64,000 nucleotides of DNA from Tubiluchus corallicola. Lineage: Eukaryota; Animalia; Priapulida. The position numbers and the translations under genes were made by a program. The stretch covers positions 8,660-72,659 of the forward strand of contig JAQGDQ010002366.1 of the NCBI GenBank assembly GCA_030141605.1, in the 5' to 3' direction. This document shows positions 37,232 to 50,399 of the stretch, in pieces (within the stretch, counting starts at the first letter, position 1; each line of letters begins with the position of its first letter). The notes under the pieces were generated by a model. It saw only the letters and a list, made by a program, of their open reading frames with translations. It made no database searches and was not told the origin of the DNA.

Positions 37232-37395
37232 GGTGTCTAAAGGTCTTGGTATTGCCGGAGCTGGCCACTTGGGGATGAGCTCCCAGTGACCTACAAAGTG
37301 GCTCCAAGAGGCTTGTGCAACTCTACCACCTCTGCCAGACAAACTCCTACGCTCTGCCTCCTCGTGGCGACACTGGTTTTACTAAATGAGCTAGG
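37232..37395 (+). ncRNA. HDV-like self-cleaving ribozyme (no P4 stem, long structured J1/2)
   Basis: P1 GGTGTC (37232-37)/GACACT (37369-74) with a G-U wobble at +1; P3 GCC (37356-58)/GGC (37366-68); L3 TCCTCGT; P1.1 CC/GG (37375-76); J4/2 CTAA with C37382; P2 CCTA-c-GCTC-T (37346-55)/A-t-GAGC-TAGG (37386-95). Confidence 0.85.
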
Positions 37396-37960
37396 TGTGA
37401 AAGCGAGCTATTGGCGCTATGACCGATAAAAATGCTTGCACAAGCAGCCAACGGCTAGAGGGCGAAGGAGGTCAAGTGACCCAACGGCCATGTGTAGAGG
37501 AGTAAACCTTCCAAATCAGGAGTGGAGCCCCGAAGGCGGACCAGTGCAGCATGCTCACTGACTCCAGCAGCTCCTGCAGCCAACCTGGTGCCAAACGTAT
37601 CGCTCTGCTTTCCTTTGGACTACACCAGGGAGGAAGAGAGGGGTTCCTGATGTCTGGGCAACTCAGGATCTCCATATACCTTGCCCAGGCGTGCACCCTG
37701 GAGAGGCCACTTCAGTCCAGACTCCACCGTCTCGCCAAACGGGTTTACCCAGAAGCACAATGCGGTTTCAGGGCAGAGAGATCCACCATTGACATGATAT
37801 TCTCTCTAAGACAGCTCCAGGAAAAAAGCCGCGAACAACAAAGACTGTTTATGGCATTCATTGACCTGACCAAAGCATTTGATTTGGTTAGCAGATCGGG
37901 CCTGTTTACACTCCCGCAGAGAATTGGATGCCCCCCAAAGCTGCTGAGACTGATTACTTC
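37232..37960 (+). mobile_element. RTE-BovB-like LINE fragment: 5'UTR fused by internal deletion to the RT start
   Basis: GC-rich island in AT-rich CR1 DNA; RT segment RVYPEAQCGFRAERSTIDMIFSLRQLQEKSREQ..FIDLTKAFDLVSR typical of RTE-BovB; no EN domain and no 3' end. Confidence 0.85.
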
Positions 37961-38889
37961 CTGTACGCTTTCTATACGGTCAACACTACCCAATAAAGCT
38001 GGATTCCAGACTGGCTAGCAATACTTTACAGTAGGTCTTATGTAAACTATGAACAATAATATGTCTTTACCATCAGTAGAAAACATTCTAAACAACATAT
38101 TTGTAATTCTGTTGGCTTTAGTAGCTGCCTCAATGCATTGGTTTGTCCATTTCAGGTCATGATAAATTATAACACCAAGACCATGCACACTTGCTTCGAC
38201 GGGTAAATAAGAGCCAAAAAGTGATATTCATGGCTCGGATCAGCATTCCCAATATGTATAACATTGCATTTCGGTGTGGCTATAACTAGTTGCCACGCAT
38301 TAGCCTATAAGTTAATTGCATCTAGGGCTGATTGAAGATCACTATTTTGACTTCACCAAAAACTTTGATAGAGTTTTACATCATCTGCAGATAATTTTAC
38401 TATTAGTGCATCAATGACATCATTTAAATCATTAACAAAACACAAAAAAGCCGTCCAAGAGCACTTCCCCGAGGCACACCAGATGTTACACATACATATT
38501 CAGATACATTATTACCAATAGCAACACGTTGTTTTCTATCGTTCAAAAAAGCTTCAATCGACGTTAAAAGATGTCCTACAATGTCATTTGCATGTAATTT
38601 CAAAATTAGTTTGATATGGGAAACAGCCTTGTGGTCAGTACGTCCTTTCTCTCCATTCCGTAGCCGTCCATCTCAAATTCGGCATTTGGTGACGACTCAT
38701 CTAATCTTGTCTCAGTTACATACAAGACATCATCATCGTGCACAGTTAGGAACTTCTTTAAAATTGTACTTATGTTTAAGCGTGCAGTGATGCAGTTGTT
38801 GTAATTTGCCAACAAATCCAAGTGATTTCCGATAAATTTTCTACCGCATCCAAAGACCACTTATATCTCGATCCACTATTAAAGTTTAG

Positions 38890-40270
38890 ATCACAGGTCA
38901 AAGCTTGGTTTACTGCAGAAGTGTTATTGAATGGCAGCTGGCTCCAATTTGATTGTATTCCTGCCATGCTGTACCAATATGAAGAAAATGCTGGAATCTA
39001 TAAACTGTATTAGGTTGCAAGAACGTGGTTATTTTGTCTTTAAATGGAAAGAAAGAGCCAAAACTATTGCCACATTTTAAAGTAATGTGTAGCGGAACAA
39101 GGGGGTAAATTTGCCTAATCATGACTGATTTTGTGTTTTTCACTTGCAAAGACTGAAGACCAATGAACTGTGTAGGTAAATATGCTATTCTTTGGAAACA
39201 GTCTGTACGGAGATTTTCCGGGAAAAGACTTTAACAAGATATTTTTTGGTAAGTTCTTCATGAAATTTGTGATATGTTGATGAAATACAAAAATCTCTAT
39301 GTGCTAAAGCTTAAATAAGGTTGCATTTGAACTGCCTGCAAGTGAAACATTCAAAATCAGCATACAGACTAGTAAACTAGTATTTTTTTACGATCGGATT
39401 TAGATAGATGCCATTCTGTTCATAATGAAGTAGTATATCTAAAAAAGATAAAGAACCATTATTTTCAATATCGCAAGTATATTTGATGCAAGGGTGACAC
39501 AAATTTAAATAATCTAAAAACAAAGGTATGTGGTTGTGATCAATAGAAAAGTGTCATCTACATAATGTTTATCGACAACTTAAATTCTTAAGGACAATTA
39601 TTATGCCAATTTTTCACAGTACACACATAAATATTAGAGCAAAAGTAGGTCGTAAAGGTGAGTCCATCACAGTTCATTGAATTTGTTCATATAAATCACT
39701 ATTAAACAGAAATTGTACGTTTTTTACAGAAACTTCCAACAGATGGCGAAATAGGTCTGAGTTGAGATTACAACAAGATCGATATTATTAAATAGTGAAT
39801 GAATACAGATATCAATAGTTTCATCAAGAGCAATGCTTGTAAATAGACTTTCAACGTCAAAAGTTCACAGCAATTATTCAAACATAGCATTTCTGTAACG
39901 AAGCTGAAGGATCCTGAACAGTGTATTCATTATTAGTAAGGAGTTCACAAATATGTACTAGAAATTTTGAAGTAGCCATACATGACAGTATTGAGAGCAG
40001 AAAGAATACGTCTCATTCGTATATTAGGTTTGTCTACTTTGGGAACACTATATAAAACTACTGGATTAGAGCCACATGGCCAAAGTTGGTTAAAAATTAG
40101 CTTGATCAATTACACCCTGATAAAGTTCTAACCAGATGTTTTACTTTTAAAATACTGTGAATGTTATCAGTGATAAATTTAAGTTTTGTAAAATCGTATA
40201 AAAAGGTTAATTTTACTAATATACTAACACTTATTTAAAATAGTGACTCCATTTCCTTTGTCAGTGCCGG
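38890..40270 (-). mobile_element. Degenerate Penelope-like element (RT + GIY-YIG)
   Basis: Minus strand: LYSVPKVDKP..MRRILS (~40010-40060), FDVESLFTSI.LDETI (~39810-39862), YVDDTF (~39548-39566), FLD, and a decayed GIY-YIG NTVYRF..HIGT (~38970-39012). Confidence 0.8.
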
Positions 40271-41027
40271 GTGACATTTGAGTACTAAAATCGGATTCTT
40301 TTCTTTAACCTGGGACATCGAGGACCAGTGTCCACCAAACCGAAACTTATACATTCGATTCGTCTCATCAAGACCTTTCATTTGCTATGTATGTACTACA
40401 CGCCACTGTTACTCGACACTGAAAGCATTTGCGCTGCACCTGACCTCATCGATTTTGGTTTTTGCTCCCTACCGAAAAATTTTCCGCACGTAAATAACCC
40501 ATATTCAGCTACGCATAAGACTTCACTTTCACTTATCACATACGAAAAATTGTGAATGGCTCAAAAACTATGTAGGAGGAGATCCAGCCTAACCAAAATA
40601 CATAAAGCCTTGCCTATTCCGTGACCTTTGACCTGTGCTTGGTGGGTCACATGTAAACATAAATCCTACCCGGGGTGTGTGCCTTGTGAGTTTTGTGACC
40701 CTGGCCGTGTGGATGTGCGATATATTAAAGAAACAAAAAAGCCGAAAAATAAAAAAATAAACGTTGGTAAATCAAACAGATTATACTCTTAATAATAAAA
40801 AAATACTATTATAATAAAATAACAACTTTAGGAGATTCAAGAAGATTGGTAAATTTTGATTATCATCAAAAAACACCTCTAAACTGCAAGAAGGGCTGCT
40901 GTTGTTTAAATTCATTCACAAAACGTGCAAATCATGCAGCAGTACTATGCTTCAGAGCAGTTAGAATGTACAGTCTTAAGCAAATGATAGTCGACTTACT
41001 TACAGATGTAAAAATAACGATATTTAC

Positions 41028-41178
41028 CGACACTTGATTTCAGAAAACTATCTGTACTTCCATACATACTACCATTACTTCCATGTATGTGGCTAACATT
41101 CCCAAGTTGACTGAGATTCGATTCCTCTGACGTTCTTGCAGAAATTATTGATAGCCGCATCACATCGGCAAAGCTTTG
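41028..41178 (-). CDS. Predicted exon of the Shaw/Kv3 C-terminus (QSFADVMRLSII...FLKSSV)
   Basis: Acceptor TTTTTGTGCATTCTGTTTGCAG, donor GTCG|GTAAAT; phase 0 in (matches the S1-S6 exon) and phase 1 out (matches the 31536 exon). Confidence 0.7.
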
Positions 41179-44100
41179 CTGCAAACAGAATGCACAAAAA
41201 TGTCCTCAATCTTAAAAAAAGAAACGGAGTCTTGTTAGTACACTGTACCACAAAGGTCTCGACGGTTACAATCAGAAGTGGCTATTTTTAGTGTTATATT
41301 AGTTTTATTTTTATAATTTAATTTTAAGGCGCTAATAATTGCAATGAATTGTGTATACTGGTGACACCTGTGTAATAAGTAATAAATTAGAAAAGCTGAG
41401 CAAAGACAAAAATTACGTTAAACAATACAATTAGTTATCGCGTAAACTCATTTCACATTTTGCATTTCACATTATACGTATATATGTATAAGAAAGGTAA
41501 TTTTTTGAATTGTACAAAATTTGAAATGAATTTCTCACTTTTTGCACAAGTAAGGACATTATTTAACGAACTTTTCACGCCAAACAATGTTTAACCCACT
41601 GATTATACATTTTAATTTTGAATATAAAATAAAACAAGAGAAAATACCGTTTTAAAGGAAGTAGGGCCTACATTATTGCTATTTTGTATTTAAAATTAAA
41701 ACACAATAAAAAGTTTTACAGCAAGCTCGTCAGTCTCAAAACATGATAAAATCATGTTATTTTATTGATTTATTTTTATTTTAAAGTAAAATGAAAACAA
41801 AAAAGAAACATTGTGAAAACGTATCACGAATCTCTTTTCAGGCTTCATTCTAGGAAAGTAAGATAGCTTTATTATAATCCACTTCAGTAGCCAACTCTCT
41901 TTCAATGGAGAGCAAAGCTAATCAGCACAATCTTTCCTCCGCCAAAAAAGGAAGATAGGAATGTTTGTTTCAGCCGGATCATTCAGCAACTGCGCTAGTT
42001 ATTGGTAAGATCAGAAAAATGTGGACAGGTTAGAATAAACAGAAGACACGTCATTGGCGATCATGAATACGAGTACATTGTTGATGGTCAGTTTCTCGTC
42101 ACTTGAATTCGGCGCTCATTTCAAAAACATGGGAGCAAGGTTTTTTAAATAAAGTAACGGTTCCAGAAAATTCTTCCAAAGCCATGCGATTAAAAAACAA
42201 CAAACAAATTGCAGAAGTGAACTGCAGAGTTAAAAAAAATGTCGTAAAAACACCAATATGAAGAAATGTGCTCAGGGGGAGAGGTTGCACCCCCTCGCTC
42301 CTCTATTAGCTACGCCACTTAAAGTGGGGTAATATTCTTTTGAAACCGTGTTAAAAACAGTTAATTACCACAACACTGCAACCACAAATGTTATAAGGTT
42401 TTACCGCCTATTTCACTCATTTCGTAACTTATTTTTATGTGAAAATCAAGTATAAATTTTTACGTATACATGTAGATGTATAATATTTTTTAAATCAAGA
42501 CACAAACATGCTAACTTTTTTGAAGTAGAAAGTTTACATTATTTTGCATTCGCTTTACAAACGTTTTCGTTACTGACCTACAGACATATCCGTTGAAAAA
42601 ACATAACCTGTAGATTGTTGTTTATGTATATATGTTTGTGTATACATGTATAAACCACCATTATAAAAAAACAACAACAAGTAAACGAATTAAATCGATA
42701 CATTTACTACAAAGGAGTATTGTGGCTCAAGCGTACAGAACAAATGAACTCTAATTCATTTAGTTAATGAAAAGGAAAATAATTATACACAGCAATGTTA
42801 CAGAAGAATTTTAATAGCACTTTACACAATTGAATCTATATTTTACATGGATAGGATTCAGAGAGCCACTGATTCCTATGGTGTTTAAGGCTGTTTCGAG
42901 AAAAATTACAATAATTTTATACAATTATACAGCGTCATCTTAACTACTTGACAAAATTATTATCACCAAGATTTAGAAATTTTAATACTTCACGTATAAA
43001 AATGTCCACTCTTGCGTATCAAATGACTCTTCAAAGTCAATTAATAATAGAATCCAGGGTTGTCGCTTTTTTCTGCTTAAGGCAATAGGTCGTACACTAG
43101 TTTGTGTTTTCAGCTATATATCGGCCTTTTACAAAAGCATTTTGAGTATTACTTATTAATATATCAATAACGCTTTTTGAACACTGCTAAAAAGGCTGCG
43201 AAGATTTTACACTGCGATTTGAATTTTATTATATTGAATGTATTAGCTATCCCGTCACTTCCTGTCCTATATTTTCCTACTCTTCTCCCCCTCCTATCTC
43301 ATTCATTATTTTATTCCATATTAAGCATACTATAAGCGTTATCAGCGTTATTTGTTTTTATTGTTCTGGTTACGCTTCATTACGGAACTGTCACTTCCAG
43401 ACTCTCCTGTATTATGAAATAGAAAATACGATACCAGGCTCAGTTATTAAAAGCTATTAAAAGTGATTAAGCTATAAGTATTACTCCTTGCCAGTCGCTT
43501 CAATATGTATTAAAATAAATTTAATTTGAGACGTTTCGTTAGCATCAGCTAACATCTTCGAAAACAACTTCGATAGCATTAATGATCGTACTGAGGTTAT
43601 AAAAAATGGCATCCCAATCGGTGAAATTCTCTGCAGTGTCGGGGAATTTACTAGTAAAAGGAAGCTATTGAGATGCTATAAACAACTGCCAGATACTATA
43701 AACAACAAATTGTCAAAGACTCCATTTTAACTGCTAAACGTTTAAACTCTGATTTGTTAATCATGGATCATAGGACTGACCAGTAGAACGATACAATAGT
43801 TACTTTCAACGCTGAATCATCCTCAGCCACTGCGCTATCGCAACAATGCTGACTGTTTTAACAACTGTTAGTTCGCACAAACATCTTGGTCTATATCTCT
43901 AATCTGGGATGAAATGGGATGTTCATATACTGTATTCAACAGATAAACGGATCGATATGCTGAAAATAATTTTTTATGTGTTACCCTTCCAGTTTTATAA
44001 ATAATAATAATAATATAATATTATTTATTTATTCCAAAAGCCAAGTACAATTTAACAATATCTTACACAAAAATTCACAATTTGAAAATAACATAAAAAT

Positions 44101-44329
44101 AATAAATGAAATATAGCCAAACGATTGATTAATTCAGCGCAGTCAATTATCGGCTCAGATCAGAAGATGAACTTGTAAGGTCTGAGCCGAATAGGCAAAA
44201 TGGAATAACAAAGTTTCAAGATAAAAGGAAGGAAAGCCTGTAAGGTAATAAGTGTAATGATATGATGAGAAACAATGGCGAATGACAAGATGTAGGGATT
44301 AGATTTGCATTAAAATTTTAATAATATTA

Positions 44330-44560
44330 ACAAGCAAATAATTTTGCAAATCTATGATCCGCCCTATTCTTGAATATGCTGACTCTGCTGTGTAATATAC
44401 CTGTCCTGCATGCCTTTCAGATTCTATCGAAAATGTGGGAAAACCTGCGGCCTTTATTTGCTCCAAAGCGATGAAAGCCTCCAATACTGCAAACTTATTA
44501 TATGACAATGACTTTGATCTGCTATCTGATAGAAGACTATTTGTGTGCTTGTATAGCAAA
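44330..44560 (+). mobile_element. Short CR1/L2-type RT C-terminal fragment
   Basis: KSMIRPILEYADSAV..CLSDSIENV motif. Confidence 0.55.
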
Positions 44561-45244
44561 ACCGTCCATAGGTCGACAATTAAGCTTTTCTAGCTATTCA
44601 CATATGCTGAACCTCCATTTCGTGAAGATCATTTTGATACCAAGCTCTATGTTATTTCTAAGCTGAGATAATTCACGTTGAAGTTGAGGTGCACGCTATG
44701 CAGCAAATCTTGAGAAAAACTCTGTTAGACGCTGTTTTTTGTCGCGTCTCTACAAAACACTTAGCAACCGTACGAAAGTGTGGTTGCTTATTATGCTACG
44801 CTAATACGGAATTATCTGTTCAGTTCTTAAGAAATCGTAATAACCTATCTTTATTTTGTACTCGTTGTCTTCATAATTCTTTCTTTCCTTTGGCTGTGTC
44901 CGCTTGAAATAACCTTCCTTCTTATACACAATTACCAACCTCGATCAGTAGCCTAAACATAATTTTTTTAAAGAATTATATCGATTTCGCAAACAGACCC
45001 CAAATATTTAACTCACGGTAAAATTCTTTACGGTATGTACTCACTTAAGAATAGGTTTTTCTCAGCTTAATTATCATATAAACATGCATGGTTGTAAAAA
45101 ATCTAGTGGTAATATTGTTGGGAAAAAATGTTCTCGTGGTTATCGTTTTGAACGTATTAGCCATTATTTGCTCGAATGCCCTCTATATGCTGTAAGCTGA
45201 GAGAAACTCATACACAAGTTATATAATTTGTACTTTAATAATAC

Positions 45245-45799
45245 TGTGGATGCGCCCAAACCAATATAAACCAAAACGCAGTACGGCTTTGATTTGGTGC
45301 GATGAACCCCAAATAAATTTATTTTATAAAGTACAAGATCGGAAAAGCAAGAAGAAAATAGTAACTGCAAAAAAGTAGCGAAAAATGATAATAATTTTTT
45401 TATTAACAAACAGTAGTGATTAACAAGTAAGCAAATGAGTTGAGAAAAACTACTGTAGATAGATTTAGTATTACGCATTTAAAATCAAAATTAAAGGGAA
45501 GACATACTATTGCTGGTTTACAAAATATTAGCAATAGGTCACATACGAAATTAATATCACCACTACATGATAATTAGCACTAAAAGTAGAGTCATTTATG
45601 GCTACTTACGATTTTAGTGGCCTTATTTAAACATCACATTTGTCCGTAAGATATAATTCGAAAACCAGAACTACATGTACACTGTGACAAGGTATGTACG
45701 AAAATGAGAACGACAGGTCTACAGAGTATAAAGGTTACAGGCTTGTGGTGATTCATTTCAAGTGGTAATGTGTAGTAGGGATATACAGTCGCATTCACG
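45245..45799 (-). repeat. BEL/Pao 3' LTR
   Basis: Colinear with 50068-50399 plus 51269-51423; ends ..CCACA on minus; preceded by GGGGAGCCAGA. Confidence 0.85.
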
Positions 45800-48700
45800 T
45801 CTGGCTCCCCCAAAATGTCTAATGAGAATTTTGCACTGAGTCCAGGCTCCCCGATGGGGGATTCAACTAAATCTCGCACTCAGTGATGAGAACCAGCTTG
45901 GTGATTGATCGTTCCATTTCGCTGTCTTGGATCTTCAGTCTGACGCTTCTGACATCACCACCGGTTTCGGTTGTATACGTTTTGATGACTTTTCCCAGTT
46001 TCCACATGTTTCTAGGCACTGTGTTATCAACTATCAGACAAACATCACCAATACGTAGTGATCTCTTCTTCTGGTGCCACTTTGATCGTGGTTGAAGTAT
46101 GTGGGGATGTACTCACGCCTCCACCTCGACCAGAATTGGTCCACAAGGTATTGTACTCTTCTCCACTGCTTTCTGCAGTAGACGTCTTTGCGTTGGAATA
46201 CACCAGGTGGCGGCAGTATAACTCTTGATTTGGTCGTCAGTATGCTGCTTGGGGTTAATGGCAGAAGCTCATGGTCACTTATAGACTCTACGGTGATAGG
46301 ATGGCTGTTTATGATGGATTCAACTTCAACAAGAAAGGTCCTCAATGACTCAATAGGCTGGGATTTTCGAGCATTAGCTATTCCAACATTCTTCTGCTGG
46401 CACCTATTAGGCGTTCTCACGTGCCTCCAGGGACAGCTGGTGGCTAGCTGCAGGGATATTCATCTTCCAGTCAGCTCCATTTTGCAGCAGATAGTCTTGA
46501 ATTTTGGTATGGTCCATTTCTTGTAGTCCACGTTGTATTTCATTGGCAGTTCCAACTAAATTAGTGCCACGATCACTTCTTAATAGTCTGATTGGCCCTC
46601 GTCTGGCTATGAATCTGCGTAATGCCATTATAATGGAATCCGTGTCTAACGAACTAGCTCCAAATGCAGCTCGGCATCTTAGGCACGTAAATATTCCACC
46701 ATATCTCTTGAGCGTTTTTCGACCACTGCGAACAAACAAAGGACCAAACAGGTCTGTACCACAATAAGTGAATGGTGGTGCTGGTGCAAATCTATTGCTA
46801 GGTAGGTCTGACATCTTTTGCTCCTCAACACCACGCCTTAATCTACGGCAAGCTACGCAGGCAGTTATGACTTTGCAGATGCATGAGTTCAGATTCCTCT
46901 GCCAGCATGATGTACTACTTTGGCATGATACCATTTGATGATTAATCTCGATGCCACAGTCTTGCCAGGTACTAAAACCAGATTCTCTTGGAAGGACAAC
47001 TGCGATTTTTGGACTCTAATGCCTGCTCCGATGAGTCCGGCTTCATCAACAAAAGGGCTCAAGCGTAAAAAGTTCTTCGCCAGTTCATTACCAGCACGCT
47101 TCTGAAGCCATAATAGAATTAGTGACTCGGCTTTCTGCAAAGTTTGCACTGAAAATACACCGTTTAACTCGATTTCTTCCAAATGCGAATTTGATTCACT
47201 TGATTTCTTGGTTGCTGTCTTCAACGTGAAGATAGCACAGGCTCTCATAGCCATAGCAGCCACCCATTTCATTTTGTACCAGGATGAGCAGTGAGTCTCC
47301 AAGGCATCTATAATGTCCATTCTTTCAGTTGCAACTTGCAAATGTGAGTCTTGCATGCTTCACTTCTGTGTCCGATTCGGAAATACAATAATTTTCACTG
47401 TTGGGCTCCATCCAAAATACTTTAGGTTTCCAAGGAATGCTAGGTCCATTAAACCAGACATCATTCTTCAAAAGTTGGCTGATTGCCTGACCATGTGAAG
47501 CAACATCACTGGTATTATTCTGGGAATCGATGTAGTACCACTGTTTTGCCTCAGACTTGTCCAAAATCTGCTGGACTCGATTTGCTACGTACATCTTGAA
47601 TCTTCGTGAAGAGTTTGTCAAATATCCAGGTACAACTTTGGAATGAGTCCCAAAGAAATGCTTGGCGTTTTCGTAATCCAAATCCGTATCAAGAGAACAT
47701 GCTGCACCAACAGATAGCACAGCAGCACAGAGTTCAAGGCATGGAACTGTAATTGTTTTGATCGGTGAAACTCTGGCTTTACTTCTCACTATGGTGCAGT
47801 GAATTCTTTTCGTATCACCAGTTAGTCTCAAATATGAACAGTTGCCATATCCTAACAATTTAGCATCTGAGAAGTGATTAATTTGCACATTGGCAATTTC
47901 TGTAAAGTTGTCAGGAAACATCTTGGTATGTGTAGCTCTTCCAGAAGTGGCAGGCTTCGTCTCCACTCCTCTCAGCGTACTATTATTAACTGGTTCATCC
48001 CATCCAACTTGGTTACCAGTCAGTTCCTGTAGAATTATCTTGCCAACTAGAATCGCTGGAGATATCAACCCCATAATATCATACATGCTGTATATAGCAG
48101 AAAGTATGCCACGGCGTTGGTGGAGTCTCTTTAAGTTTGACGCGAAAACCAATGTATCAGTATCTATGTACCAACGTAAACCGGAAGCATGTTCAAATTG
48201 CTCGTCAGAGTTCTTAGACATATCTGTTCGTGTGGCATAGCAACACCGTAATACAGGGACTGAATGTCAGCCAAATGCCACTGGTTCTTGTCTGAATTTG
48301 CAATAAACACTCAGAAGTGAATTGGTTAAGTTGGGTCCTTGTAGTAACTCCATGTTAAGTGCCCTGAAATACACAACTACAGTTGAAAACAACTTGAAGT
48401 TTTCCTTTGCGCTTGTGGAATATGGGATGATGTGGTATGTACCATAATTTTCCCGCTTCTGGTTTTGGCCAGACTGAAACTTTTTTGGTGTAACCATTTT
48501 CTATCATGGAAGTCATGAACTTGGTTTACTCTATTCGGAGACGAAAGTTTTTATGATTTCTTGCTAGATGTCGCATTCTTTGCTCGCCAAGTCGTTCATT
48601 CTCCGGCATGGTAGGATCTTCTCTTCTGAATGGCAGAGGTACAACGTATTTTTCATTTTGGAATACTGTTAGTGCACTAAGTTTCTCCATGAAGAGCTTA

Positions 48701-49009
48701 TCCTCCTGTGATTTACCATAACCATTGTTATTGGTATCAAAATTGTTGGCGTTATCAACTGGTACAGCAAATTGACGTGCCGAGACTTGATTAACGGCGG
48801 CATCTTTGCATAATACTCGGTTGTAAGTTGCTTTCATCAAATTTTATTGGTTGGTGGTTGAGCCAAGTATGCCCTGTACTGTGCACCCTAGTTTCGTTAG
48901 CACAGCAAAACAGCTCTCATTTGGATAACGAATTACCTGAAGTGGTTCCATTGCTTTGGGACAATTCATTCCAGAGAGCAAATCAATTCCAACATCCGGC
49001 ATCATGGGA

Positions 49010-49445
49010 TCATCATCATCATCTCTGGAGACACACATCATTTGACATGACCTTCCTGATCACTTTACTCCATGCTGCCCTGTCACCTGAAACCTTCCAT
49101 GTCTCTGCATTTTTGATATCTAATGGTGTGTTGATAAAATGTTTTTGGATGAAATTGATATAAGTCAGCAGCTGTTCTCCTTGCAGTTTCTTTTCTTTCT
49201 GCAGTGCTTCTTTGAAAGCTAACTGTAATGGACTGTCATTTGGTAGTCGTATAACATGTCCTAGCCATCTTAACCTTCTCCTTTTGATTTTAATTGTCCA
49301 TTCGTCTGCCTTGACTTTAATGTACTGATCCTGGTTAGATATTTTGTTTGGCCATTTTATTTCTAGAATGTTCCTGTAGTTTCTTCTTTGAAATGCATTA
49401 ATTTCTGATTCGTGTTGTGCTTAAATTGGCCATAATGTATAAGAT
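49010..49445 (-). mobile_element. RTE-type LINE 3' fragment nested in the BEL element
   Basis: INAFQRRNYRNILEIKWPNKISN..KRRRLRWLGHVIRLP on minus, ending in a (GAT)n tail at ~49010-49025. Confidence 0.75.
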
Positions 49446-50399
49446 CGGGAGCGAACCATCATCATTTATGTCATCAGGCTCGTCATTATTCGTCATTAAT
49501 AAGCTTCTCCGGAGTTTCAAATTATCAGACTCTCTTTTGTCTTCTACGGCTTGTAATTCCCGTTCTAGTTTATTCGAAGGCATACGCTTTTTAAATTACT
49601 TCTCTGTCGTTTAGTCTAATAGCGGTTTCAATGCGAGATTGTCGAGAGCCACGCTCACTTTTGAACGCGTTTTCGATGTGACCGAATTTGATGATCTTAG
49701 CCGCAATGCCTGATCTACCTGACTTACAGGTTTACTATCGCCGTGCTCATCCAGCTGATCAGCGGCAGGTACACAACATGGCGGCAACGTCTGCAGAGGG
49801 GCAAGTAATAAATTAGGCGGCTCACTCGTATCTTGTCCGTTTGAAAATAAGTTGCATGGCATGAGATTGAATGCAGGAGAACATGCAATGTCCTGCGGCC
49901 CTTCTTGGATTTCGGCATCTCTGAGCATCTTAGCGATGAGATCCTCCTTCGTCCCTTGTTCTGCGAGTCCGAATTCCGCGCATAATAACTTCAACTCTGT
50001 CTTTTTCTTCTTATTAAGTTCACTTCTTGTTAACTATGAAGCCATCCTCCATTAAAATCGTTTATGATGTGGACGCGCCCAAACCAACATTAACAAAAAC
50101 GGCAGTACGGCTTTGATTTTTGGTGCGATAAACCTGAAATAAATTTATTTTATAAAGTACAAGATCGAAAAAAGAAGAAGAAAATGGTAACTGCAAAAAT
50201 TAGCGAAAAATAATAATAATTAACAAACAGTAGTGATTAACAAGTAAGCAAATAAGTTGAGAAAAACTAAGTTGAGAAGACATACTATTGTTGGTTTACA
50301 AAATATTAGCAATAGATCACATACGAAATTAATATCACCACTACATGATAATTAGCACTAAAAGTAGAGTCATTTATGGCTACTTACGATTTTAGTGGC

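Larger units (their letters stand above)
36695..38790 (-). mobile_element. Degenerate, internally deleted CR1-group LINE interrupted by an RTE fragment
   Basis: Minus strand: APE start (LNI..VTETRLD..DGY, ~38650-38780), GVPRGS.LG (~38460), ADDVKL (~38380), ASPVWNP..DRIESVQ (~37960-38020), C-terminal PYPKRLKVLHLKSLEERR..FFSNHVVPIWNSL, A-rich tail near 36700. Confidence 0.85.
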
